Shown: positions 53,701 through 61,925 of the stretch, piece after piece
Layout of the letters: every line of letters starts with the position of its first letter
How positions within the stretch are numbered: the first letter of the stretch is position 1
Virus record (IMG/VR): IMGVR_UViG_3300019776_000324
Span: 1 to 64,000 of that record
Length of the DNA stretch: 64,000 bases
Strand: one strand, 5' to 3'
The notes under the pieces: model-generated
What the model saw: the letters and a program-made list of their open reading frames with translations, nothing else
Told to the model about the DNA's origin: nothing
Database searches by the model: none
Made by a program: the position numbers and the translations under genes

Positions 53701-56700
53701 GAGCCAGCTTGTACTCGCACAGAACCATCGAGCGGAGCACCTGTATATACGCTACAGTTGTTGTAGCAAATATCAATAGAATGACCAAATGCTGATTCAT
53801 CAATTGGATTGTTAGGCTCAACTTTTTCTACTAACTGGAATTGATTTGTTTCAATTTCAATTATGTCGCCAATGGTTAATGTAAGCTCGCTAGATAAAAT
53901 AATATCACTGCCGCTTACTGTAAATTGACCGTTGATGTATTGAGCATTATTAGTTAAGTATTGGTTGTTTAACAATACTGCCACTGGGTCTGCAAATGAA
54001 CCAGGAATTTCGTAGGTGTATTGTGTTGCATTAGATACAATATAACGAACCGCACTTCGATCAATAGCGTACACAGCACCAGAGTTAATTGACTGATTGT
54101 TAGAGTCCAGTACTACCTCGTTTGGTGCGCCTATTAGAATCTGTCTTCCTAAGCGATCTGTTGTAATGCTAGATCCAAAATTAGCGGCAGAGTCTACTCC
54201 ATCTACTTCAATTGAATCTACATACTTCCAGTAAGTTCCTGTTACTACTTGAATTATAGCACTCACTGACGGCACTGTTATGAAAGTAAGAGTTGTTCCA
54301 CTGAATGTATAATCAATGTATGGTCTTTGTAGCACTCCATCAACTTCAACTGTGAAGGAATCATAACTTGTGGCTGTGTATAAAGAAAGTGCAAGGTTAT
54401 ACGATGGACCTGCAGTGGCATCTAAAGTAGCAACTTGACGACGAGTTATAATTAATTCTTGTCCAGGTGCAGGAACATATAAAAATTGAACCAATGTAGC
54501 ATTGATCAAGTAATCTACACCATACTGTGCTTCAAAGTTACCAATGGATACAGTTAACTGATCGTGGTTGGTAGAATTGATTTCAATATCGGTGTTGTAA
54601 ATGTAGGTAGCTGTGATTCCGTCAGTTACATATTTTACAACTTGTACCGGAATATCTACACGACCGTATGCATACACTCGATTTGCACCTGGTGCGCCGA
54701 TGTACATCCATCGTTCGTCGTCACTTATTTGTACTGCCGATCCAAACCCAATTGCGCTAAAGTCTTGATCTGGTGCAACTAATAATTGTGTCTGTACATA
54801 GTTTGCTGTGCCAGGAACAAGATAAAGAGTAGTTGCATAACCAGCACCAGAGTTACTAGTGTTAGCACCTGCGACTGACCAAACGCGATTACCAAAATCA
54901 ACACTGCAACCATAACCACTTGCGTCAGTTGCTGTTAAAATTAATTCTAAATTTTCAACATAATGATTGGTTGAATCTACACGATATGTATAAACTGCAC
55001 CACGACCAGAATCATCATTTGGACTGCCAACTAACAATGCGAAGTGATCTGCGCTTTGTGAAAGGCTACTACCATACAATGAATTAGGCTGAACTGCTGA
55101 TGCACTCAATAATTCAATTTGACTAAACGGATTTTGTTTTTGTATTACTTCCCAATGTCCTGATCCATCATTGTCTACCCATGCTGTTGCTCCTGGAACC
55201 AATTGTGTAGTGTATGGCAAATTAATAACATCGCTTGCTTGGCTAACACGCATGGTTTGTAAATAGAATACAATGCCGGTTCCGGTTACAGAAGTTTGGT
55301 TTGTATTAACGAATGCATATTCAATTGTAACAGAATTTATCGATGGAATACTTAGTACTCGATACACACCGTCAATTGAGCTGTCAAAGAATCGAACAAT
55401 AATTAAATCGCCAACACTAAGATTAACCACAGATGAGAATTGTGCAATACTTGTACCGTTAAGATTATCAGTTACTTGTACTAAACGCCCAGGAACTTGT
55501 TGACATTGATATATGTTCCAGTTGTAACTGTTATCTTGTGCTACCCATATTGTAGTTCCATTGCCAATTGTATCAAGTTTAGCAGAAATTGAGCTTGGAT
55601 CATTTAAGTTAAACACAGTGATGTCAGCATCGTTGATGTTAACATATCCGGCAGTCGGCAACGCAGTGTCAAGATTGCGAGTGTAAGTCGTTGGCAATAT
55701 ATCTGTTGTTGGGATCTTATAGCTTTCTGCCCACAAGTTGTTTAGATACACTGGTTGGTTTGCTAGACTTGTTTCGCCTGGGTTGATAATTTGTATTGTG
55801 CTTGGATTGCCAGTTAGTGCAGCTTCGTTTAAGTCAACTTCAAACCAACTGCGATTAGCATTTGCACCGTATGTGCCAACTAATATACCCCAGTTTTCGT
55901 AGATGTTGTACTGTCCTGTTTCCTTGTTGAAATTAACATTGGTAAACAAGTCTGTGGCCTTCAAGGTACCCTTGGTCTTGATAAACTCTTGATACAGATT
56001 AACCTGGCTAGTGTCGCTAAGGTCAAGATCAACCATGTATTGGCGCGGACGGAATCCAATCAATCCATAGGCTAATAAATCATTATCGTTGTTAAGATTT
56101 GCAGTTTGTGTGTCATAACTGTTGGCCAACTGATCAGCTTTAGTTGCTAAGTTTTGCAATAGGCCTTGTTGTATTAAATTATAATTGCTCTTATACCAGT
56201 CAGTATATTCAAACTTCTCTTTAGGTTGAACAATTGTTGCTGCTTGCCAATAGCTGTTTTTGTAAATAACAATTTCACCCTTGGTGTACTTGGTGTTTGG
56301 CTTCCATGCTACAACATTGTTTTGATTTAATATAAATCCTTGCGCATCAAGTGTACCATCCCAGTCAGTTGATGTTGATGCTACCATTCTTAAACGACTT
56401 TGGCGTTCAGCGGTTACAGTATTATAAACTAAATCGTTAAAAATTGTACGATTGTCTAATACAATCATGTCTTCGTAATCAGTAAATTTTAACTGTAAGA
56501 AGCTAATGGTCTGATTGCGGCCAGGAGTAACACCCACTGAGAATGAGTCTCCTTCGCGTTGTATTACTAAGTTGCGAGATTCAATTACTTGACGGTTTTG
56601 ATCAAGCAACATGTTTTCTGGTGAGTAACTTATAATGTTATCAACAACTGCGCCAGGTCTTAATGCGTTGATCTGGGTAGCAGATGGATTTAAGTTGATA

Positions 56701-59700
56701 ATGGTTCCAGCACCCCAGCCTTGATTTGAGAAGTATAAAAACTCTTGCGCCATTTGCAACCAGTTAAGAGTATAACCGTTTTCTTTTACTGTAAACTCTA
56801 AACCTTGACTAGACAGATACGCACCATAACTCAACAAGAAGTCAACGACACTGGTTTGATTGCTAAATGTGTAACCATAAGGAACATTTACAATACTGTC
56901 GCTGTATTGACTTGGCACTGTCACTGATGTATTTCCAGCAGACACTACTTGAGAGATACCGTTTATTTTACTTGACAGGATTGGGAAATACGGAACTACA
57001 CTATTATAACCGTACACTGCATATCCATCGGATGTGACTTCAACAATTACAGCACTGTATGAAATTTCATTGAATGGTTGATTCTTGTACAATAATAAAT
57101 TATAACTCTCGGGTGGAATCAACAAGCTACTATTTTGACTGCTTGGATTAGATTTTTCAAGATATAAATTTAAATTTTGTTCTGGAATAAATGATGCTGC
57201 ACGATAGCAAAGTCTAACATCAAGATTAGACAAATCAGTAGTTAATGCATCGGTGCTGTTAATACCTAGCTGACGATTATAATCAACGATCCAGTTAATA
57301 TAGCTTGCCTTGCTTAGGCCATTACCATATACTTGAATACTTTGTGGTTGAATTCTATAACGACCATTATACAAATATTGATCAAATTCTGCGTTGTAAC
57401 GATATAAGTCACGGTCAGCAAACAAGCTAAAGAATTCTGCAGGGCGTGTAAGGATTAACAAACGCATTACTGCAAATGGGTAGCTTGAACTTGCCCACCA
57501 AGACGCTTCAGTAGGACCACCATCGCCAACTTGCCAGCTCTTAACAAATCCAGTTGGATCGTAATTTCCAACTACGCTGTCTAATGGTGCCAATAATTCG
57601 CCTTGCTCACCAACTGGAATAACTTGTGTCAATCCTGGACGAACATATTTAGGATTAATGTAATAACCTACTGGATCTGCTACTAAACCTGCTTCTAGGT
57701 CGCCCCAGAGAACCAAGTTGTCACTAGTATATGGTGCTGGACCATAACGATTTTCCCACCAGTCTGGTTGCTCGCTAAAGCCTAACATTTCCCACGGAGA
57801 TATGTTAGGAGCAAGAGTATCATAGAAGTAACGATAGATGCCGCGCCATGCTCCTAGCAGACTAGCATCGTTTAGTTTATTACCAGCTTGACTATAGTTG
57901 TAGGTGAACTCATTTCCTGGAATATAATTTTGAGTGTTGTAATCAACTTTGTTATATCCAACCCAGGTTAAAAATTCTTCGCCAAGAATTTGATTAATTT
58001 CAGATGAAGTATAATCTGTTGTGCGGAAGAAACCTGGCAATACATCCTCAATTACCAACGGAGGAGGGTTACCATCATTTTTAAGATTATTAAAAATTCG
58101 TGTTTCAAATTCTAACAACACTTGGTCGCGAATATCGCCAAACGCTACTGTGATACTGCCGTCGTGGCCTTGAATTACTGTAGTTGGATCAACATAGTCT
58201 GGGTCAACAAAAATCTCTGGACGATACTTAGGATATAATCCAAGTTTAGTTGGTGTGTTTGGAACAAAATTACCAGCTGTGTTTGTGTACTCGTTAATGG
58301 TAACAACATCGCCAACTGCCAAAGGAATAGTGATAGTTAATGTAGGTCCTTCGGTGGACACTACATAATCATAATTGCGGGTTAATAAAACATTATTAAC
58401 ATATACCAACAACCCTTGATAACTTGATGTTGTGTAACTGTAAGTTTGAGTTAAGTTAAACACCTGTGTGGTTATAGGATTAACTGTTGTCACTGATGAA
58501 GTGAATGTTGGGCCAGTTGGTAACATATCACTCCAGTAGAATGGAGTCAAGCTAGTGTCACCTAAATTTATCTGCGCTATTGCAGCATCTAATAGTTCAG
58601 CCACAGTCATTGTTTGGTATTCTGCCAAACTAAATTTAGTAACTGTTTGCAATAATATTGATTTAAACTTAATATACTCGCGGCTGTTATATTCTAATGC
58701 AGCAAAAATATTGTAGTTTGGATCGCGCATAAAATAACCAGTTAAGGTTAGCGGCGAACTTTGCTGTAGGATCTGTAAACCGTAAGGAATAATATTGCCA
58801 AGGTCTCTGGTATTGTTTGCACCAATTACCGGACCACTTAGATCAATAAGATTTTCTGCGATTGTACTGTAGTGATTGCGTATTGTACCTAAAGTAAACT
58901 GTGTACTGTTGCCATTCAATGGATTGTTTGACAAGTTCATCGGAACTTGGTAGAATCCAACTTTACTAACTTGGTCACTTAACACTAGAACTTCGACTAA
59001 ATCACCATTGGTATATGTTGACAACAAATTAATAGTTGTGGTGTTGGTACCAATGGTTACAGTATACTGATTAGATTCTATAAATGTATCATTGATAAAA
59101 ATTTGTATTGACGGAACTACTTCGTTAGGATTTACTGCTACATCTAATAGCAGTGGAGATCCATCATAGGTAAATTGAAATTGTTGGCGTACAAGACTAG
59201 GAGTAGCAGCAGTCTGCCATCCAATTTCTCTTGTATAAGTTATGCGATCGCTGTATTGTCTTACAAAACCTGTACTGATGTCAACTGTTTTTCCAACAGA
59301 GTCAATGGTGTAATTAAAAGAATCTGCGTAGAGATTATTGTCAAAAACAATATCTCCAAGGTTAGTTAGGCTTAGATAAGTTAGTGGGAATCCTAAGATT
59401 AAATCTGGATCTCCATCACCTATAGCATAGCTGAACAATGGACTACCAGTAAATGTACTACTAGGATAAATTGCTTTATTGCCAAAACTTATACCATTGG
59501 AATCAAATACATCAAACAAAGGAGGTTGGTTAACACTATTTTTTTGTTGTGCTTCTAACCATTCAACACCGTCAAAGTAATAAGTTAACATTGCTTCGGT
59601 GTTGCCGTTTAAAATTAACACGCTTTGATCAAACAATACTGTTGCATCAGCGGCAGGAATCAGCGCAATAATTGGTTCATCGATCAAGGGCTCTACAGTG

Positions 59701-61925
59701 TCAGGAGTAATGAATTGCACTGTATAAATTGTTCTACGAACTTCTGGATCGGTATCTGCAGCAAAAATAACTCGTGAACCGTTGACGAATTGATAGCCGT
59801 CTACTGTATATCCAGGCTGTCCATTGACATTACTTAATGCGTCTGTTTGATTAAAATCAATGATGTTAACTGCTGGCTTACCTTGAGTGCCAAAATTAAA
59901 TAATCTTGTTCCAGCACGATATTCTAAAATAGGTCTAGCAGCACGGAAATTATTATCCAACACTGGAACAGTATTGTTGTAGGCCGCCGAGGAATTGATT
60001 ACATCAATATGGAACCAACGATTGGTTCTTGTCCATGGATTTAAATCTGGACTAGCACGATTGATTGTTAGATAATCTGGGATCGTTGCCTGGTCAGCAC
60101 TTGCTTCAAATATGCTAGTTGACAATAACTGAATAGATGTTCCTACTCCCTCAACATAGTAAGTGTTATTTTGATAACTTGCAGGCGCAACGGATCCACG
60201 GAATACAACTTTCATTCCATTAGTGAAAACCACTCCATTGGGACTGGTGTAGTTTTGTTGACCGAGTATACTAGAAACATCAATAGTACTAGCAGCAGCT
60301 TGATCAATAATTCTAAACGCACCAAAAATATTAGGGTCTGTGCCGTCTTGATAATACAGTACATTTTTAGTAGCAGTTAGTAATGGAATCTGCTCAAAGA
60401 ATCCATCTGAATTTTTATACCAACTGGTACTAGAATATTGTGTACCAAATAAAATATTAAATTTGTTTAATTCAGCAACCGGCATCACACTAACTAACGA
60501 AATGTATAATTCTCCGTCAGGTGCTGGAACATACTGTATCTGCCAAACACTATATTGTATAGCAGGATCAGTAATAAAGGTAGTTTGATCAAATAGTTGT
60601 GTATCAAATGATCCAATATCGGTATTGAAGGTATCATTTCTTGGCAATGGATCAAAGAATGTAGTTTGTTGCCAACCACCAGTGTCAGGATCTGAGTTAT
60701 TGTTAACAAAAACAATAGTGCGATTATTTAAGTCGCGAGTTCCATCGATACCAGTAGGGTTTGTTTCAAAGAATGCACTAACAGTTTGATTATTAACTTG
60801 ATCAAACTGTAAAGTGGTAGTAATTAAATCAACACTGCCAATGCTTGGCATGTCATAATAAAAATTCTGGGCTGTTGCTAGTGGAACATTAAATGTAACT
60901 GTTCCAAGGTCTTCGCCGTTGTTAACAACACCTAATACATCACGACTGCTGATGTTTGGTGTAGCTGGAATTCGACCATTAACACCTGGATCGGTCTGAA
61001 TCCAAAATCCAGGACCTGTGCCAGATTCAGCATCAACCACAATGAACTGTCCACTAAAATTAAGATCAGTATCATTAGAATAATACAATACATCTGGACT
61101 ATCTTGCGGTACTGTGAAAGTTATTAGTCCAGTACTTGCGCCGTTATTAGTAACACCGTTGCTATAGATATTTGTTGTACCAAGGCTTATTTGAGTCTTG
61201 ATATAAAAAGCTCTTGCTACTTTCTGTGTGAGATCAAACACATAGGTATTTCCACGAACCAATGTTAGTGTTGGATTTGGTGCATAATCAATAGCCCAGC
61301 TGGTTGGATTATCAGTTACACGAAAGTTTTCAGTCTCGGACTGATTTTGTGCTACTTGAAAAGTATAAGTGCCGCCACGAACTAGTGTGATTTCAGGATC
61401 GTTGCCATTGTAGCCAGAAAAAGTATAGGCACCGTTGGCTCGAGTAACTACAAAATTATCAGTTAGTGGATAACCGCCACTGAATACATCAACTTCGTCG
61501 GGTCCTTGTGGTAACCAATAATATTGAGCATAGTTTACAAACTTGTCAAAGTCTACAAACGGATCCCATGTGTAATAGTCGCTTGTGTACAAGCTGTCCG
61601 AGTTAGAAACATTAGCGCCTTGCAATTCTAGTGCATCGTTAATTCCAGGATAGGTAATAGCATCAATTACACGACGAGAATTGTCTGGGTCTAATTGAAC
61701 TACGCCTGGCTCTAATTGATAATCTCTGCGAGCGTTGGTTGGTTCGACTACATAACCATCATTGGCATTAACACCAGGTCCAACACGACGACCAACAAAT
61801 CCTTGTGTCTTTTTAAATGACGGATTTTGAACAAGCTGATCTAATGTTGCATTTAAAAATTGACGATTAACTGGTGTTTGAAATATCTCTGGCAGTAAAT
61901 TAACTGTGCGAATTTGATTAGCCAT
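47769..61925 (-). CDS. Giant (4718 aa) multidomain virion baseplate/adhesion protein
   Basis: Single uninterrupted ORF with FG-GAP-like repeats, CBM5/12-like motifs, an 'NGGSGY' repeat and many 'GDG.T..F / V..[ND]G..Q...Y' beta domains. Confidence 0.75.
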   Translation of the reverse strand: MANQIRTVNLLPEIFQTPVNRQFLNATLDQLVQNPSFKKTQGFVGRRVGPGVNANDGYVVEPTNARRDYQLEPGVVQLDPDNSRRVIDAITYPGINDALELQGANVSNSDSLYTSDYYTWDPFVDFDKFVNYAQYYWLPQGPDEVDVFSGGYPLTDNFVVTRANGAYTFSGYNGNDPEITLVRGGTYTFQVAQNQSETENFRVTDNPTSWAIDYAPNPTLTLVRGNTYVFDLTQKVARAFYIKTQISLGTTNIYSNGVTNNGASTGLITFTVPQDSPDVLYYSNDTDLNFSGQFIVVDAESGTGPGFWIQTDPGVNGRIPATPNISSRDVLGVVNNGEDLGTVTFNVPLATAQNFYYDMPSIGSVDLITTTLQFDQVNNQTVSAFFETNPTGIDGTRDLNNRTIVFVNNNSDPDTGGWQQTTFFDPLPRNDTFNTDIGSFDTQLFDQTTFITDPAIQYSVWQIQYVPAPDGELYISLVSVMPVAELNKFNILFGTQYSSTSWYKNSDGFFEQIPLLTATKNVLYYQDGTDPNIFGAFRIIDQAAASTIDVSSILGQQNYTSPNGVVFTNGMKVVFRGSVAPASYQNNTYYVEGVGTSIQLLSTSIFEASADQATIPDYLTINRASPDLNPWTRTNRWFHIDVINSSAAYNNTVPVLDNNFRAARPILEYRAGTRLFNFGTQGKPAVNIIDFNQTDALSNVNGQPGYTVDGYQFVNGSRVIFAADTDPEVRRTIYTVQFITPDTVEPLIDEPIIALIPAADATVLFDQSVLILNGNTEAMLTYYFDGVEWLEAQQKNSVNQPPLFDVFDSNGISFGNKAIYPSSTFTGSPLFSYAIGDGDPDLILGFPLTYLSLTNLGDIVFDNNLYADSFNYTIDSVGKTVDISTGFVRQYSDRITYTREIGWQTAATPSLVRQQFQFTYDGSPLLLDVAVNPNEVVPSIQIFINDTFIESNQYTVTIGTNTTTINLLSTYTNGDLVEVLVLSDQVSKVGFYQVPMNLSNNPLNGNSTQFTLGTIRNHYSTIAENLIDLSGPVIGANNTRDLGNIIPYGLQILQQSSPLTLTGYFMRDPNYNIFAALEYNSREYIKFKSILLQTVTKFSLAEYQTMTVAELLDAAIAQINLGDTSLTPFYWSDMLPTGPTFTSSVTTVNPITTQVFNLTQTYSYTTSSYQGLLVYVNNVLLTRNYDYVVSTEGPTLTITIPLAVGDVVTINEYTNTAGNFVPNTPTKLGLYPKYRPEIFVDPDYVDPTTVIQGHDGSITVAFGDIRDQVLLEFETRIFNNLKNDGNPPPLVIEDVLPGFFRTTDYTSSEINQILGEEFLTWVGYNKVDYNTQNYIPGNEFTYNYSQAGNKLNDASLLGAWRGIYRYFYDTLAPNISPWEMLGFSEQPDWWENRYGPAPYTSDNLVLWGDLEAGLVADPVGYYINPKYVRPGLTQVIPVGEQGELLAPLDSVVGNYDPTGFVKSWQVGDGGPTEASWWASSSYPFAVMRLLILTRPAEFFSLFADRDLYRYNAEFDQYLYNGRYRIQPQSIQVYGNGLSKASYINWIVDYNRQLGINSTDALTTDLSNLDVRLCYRAASFIPEQNLNLYLEKSNPSSQNSSLLIPPESYNLLLYKNQPFNEISYSAVIVEVTSDGYAVYGYNSVVPYFPILSSKINGISQVVSAGNTSVTVPSQYSDSIVNVPYGYTFSNQTSVVDFLLSYGAYLSSQGLEFTVKENGYTLNWLQMAQEFLYFSNQGWGAGTIINLNPSATQINALRPGAVVDNIISYSPENMLLDQNRQVIESRNLVIQREGDSFSVGVTPGRNQTISFLQLKFTDYEDMIVLDNRTIFNDLVYNTVTAERQSRLRMVASTSTDWDGTLDAQGFILNQNNVVAWKPNTKYTKGEIVIYKNSYWQAATIVQPKEKFEYTDWYKSNYNLIQQGLLQNLATKADQLANSYDTQTANLNNDNDLLAYGLIGFRPRQYMVDLDLSDTSQVNLYQEFIKTKGTLKATDLFTNVNFNKETGQYNIYENWGILVGTYGANANRSWFEVDLNEAALTGNPSTIQIINPGETSLANQPVYLNNLWAESYKIPTTDILPTTYTRNLDTALPTAGYVNINDADITVFNLNDPSSISAKLDTIGNGTTIWVAQDNSYNWNIYQCQQVPGRLVQVTDNLNGTSIAQFSSVVNLSVGDLIIVRFFDSSIDGVYRVLSIPSINSVTIEYAFVNTNQTSVTGTGIVFYLQTMRVSQASDVINLPYTTQLVPGATAWVDNDGSGHWEVIQKQNPFSQIELLSASAVQPNSLYGSSLSQSADHFALLVGSPNDDSGRGAVYTYRVDSTNHYVENLELILTATDASGYGCSVDFGNRVWSVAGANTSNSGAGYATTLYLVPGTANYVQTQLLVAPDQDFSAIGFGSAVQISDDERWMYIGAPGANRVYAYGRVDIPVQVVKYVTDGITATYIYNTDIEINSTNHDQLTVSIGNFEAQYGVDYLINATLVQFLYVPAPGQELIITRRQVATLDATAGPSYNLALSLYTATSYDSFTVEVDGVLQRPYIDYTFSGTTLTFITVPSVSAIIQVVTGTYWKYVDSIEVDGVDSAANFGSSITTDRLGRQILIGAPNEVVLDSNNQSINSGAVYAIDRSAVRYIVSNATQYTYEIPGSFADPVAVLLNNQYLTNNAQYINGQFTVSGSDIILSSELTLTIGDIIEIETNQFQLVEKVEPNNPIDESAFGHSIDICYNNCSVYTGAPLDGSVRVQAGSAQRNVNQSRVYGVTTSTIANPVLTGGDTIRINNTEVTIPDSPNNTIAGLVSVINSSGIPNVTSTSSADVYLTGDGSTKIFEIGNMYSSASSYNTVVYVNDTLQTVGVNYTYNNTTQQIAFVLAPSYGATIKVVSGKITINVINTDAAITFNKLTVLPGVIGSAFYDIGFVTYPYTQTITSPNPTDYAQFGSAVSVNTNAVNLVVGAPNGDVYEPTTFDGGETYFDDRSTTFFNTIVNSGVAYTFDYLPSATSSITDPGNFVFGQQVYSSDLNTGDQFGLAVNYRSQRLLVGAPGSDLGDSSANYGQVAVLDNPTDAPVWTVIHAQQPTVDVSLLNSVYSYNKLATTNQAQTYFDFIDPLQGKILGVARRNIDYIGAVDPANYNSGTIHNIGTSWGETHVGQIWWDTNSVRFIDPNQDNIIYASRRWSQVFPGSTIDIYQWVESSVPPANYTGDGTPLSSTSYTVKSSITDTGILVTSYYFWVRGLSTVATAYGKTLSTNAIASYILNPISSGLPYIAGINANTVAVYNASSLLSASDTILHVEYDRQALGGNADIHTEYQFIADGRANAFLNANLYRKLIDSLCGVDTVGNAVPDPLLSPGLQFGVEFRPRQSMFVDRFTALQNYLGRANSILAQFPISETRSFNLLNSSEPTPAANSGAWNYEVPNLEVLAYQDLALVPYGYLYLVLSDSTQNGLWTIYEVVAGTTVGSKELSLVRVQNYDTALYWNYINWYLPGYNSSVQPLATVQNVSNLQTLSLATVPVGGSAKVTANGQGKYEIYLRTDLGWDRVGLEDGTIAFKEELWNYSVGLYGFDSEVFDAQYFDQEPVIETRQIIKAINEELFVGDLLIERNQLLMLMFQYIYTEFTNPYWLIKTSYIDVDHVIRGLLPYQLFQPDNQTFVLDYLNEVKPFHVQNLAFNLIYDGSDEYPGNLIDFDVPAYWNTALPIPQFTSPVLTPYTMSGSLVESTNSDAAPNAQIWLENPWAQWYNNYLLEIEGVTVINGGSGYTIAPDVVVTGDCITPATITAIINGSGQVSGVNIVDPGYGYSTTAIITFTGGNGSGAIAVSQMGNGLVRSIKTTIKYDRYQYSTSIAEWQANVTYIQGARVRWSNAVWEADQSGSSSVFVPSNWTLIEAGDLSGVDRTMGYYVPGINMPGLSLPLLIDGIDYPGVQVTAPTFSQNTGFDVGNFDINPFDNIAYGAEGAPTYSPEILDAIYSSSYLDTYLGTRPTDINVDGGAYVDTYSSHAPEELIPGAEFDTLDFRVYTTPGADWLGLGHGFPIASRRYEYDPANPTISFANVLANPMVVILFNATLELAIEPLSYNWAEYELTVDPTTARAGDTIIAYVTGVGGGNQLYLETYNEASLDSVVVPFTTPVAFNSSTTYFYGDVVSYNNLFYQSIDNDFSGQLPTNTTYWTEISGAALIYEFLIYNGETQLVNGVDYTYAQIAGTNNTLVTFTDTYGITDRINLAAFGYGYNGTTYSWSLPVFQTTTVTDSSQLTYTLTNSLQGTNPVNIMVLRNGVRARPYESVRYIGDGSTETFDLPSRGGYSEGLIADSDVEVYFNNVLQEQNVVYVVSPWDGSSNRTITMAFPPAPGTVLIVSVSTGAQYNISGNELTFLPEAGLSPQVGDLLEFVTWNDTSEQGILTQVFVGPTTSGITISEGYDSVDFDSASVNNTTGSYDYSVGSQIQSNVFDTGTIIDNPDRLLVTVNGEWIFNGIGFTVDGSNVVILGPTIPAQTVVAITSFTQSVVPGSMEFRIFQDMRGVQATYRMTPQTTTVTTQPVAQDDDVIYVGNILALTQPNFAANIWGVLTIDAERIMYRYWDEQTGTVSGLLRGTAGTAAAPHDSDAIVYNLGRGNLLPEQYQNYIVTNSAIADGSTTVFTAVDINLLLEDSSIRDESLEVYVGGTRVTTGYTVTGENPAEITFTDAPPAGAEVTMLVRRGVTWYEQGAGTASNGVPLQETETKAARFLRGL

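Noticed and set aside
44677-61925. Diversity-generating retroelement targeting fibre genes
   Set aside because: No reverse transcriptase, and no template/variable repeat pair was noticed by eye.
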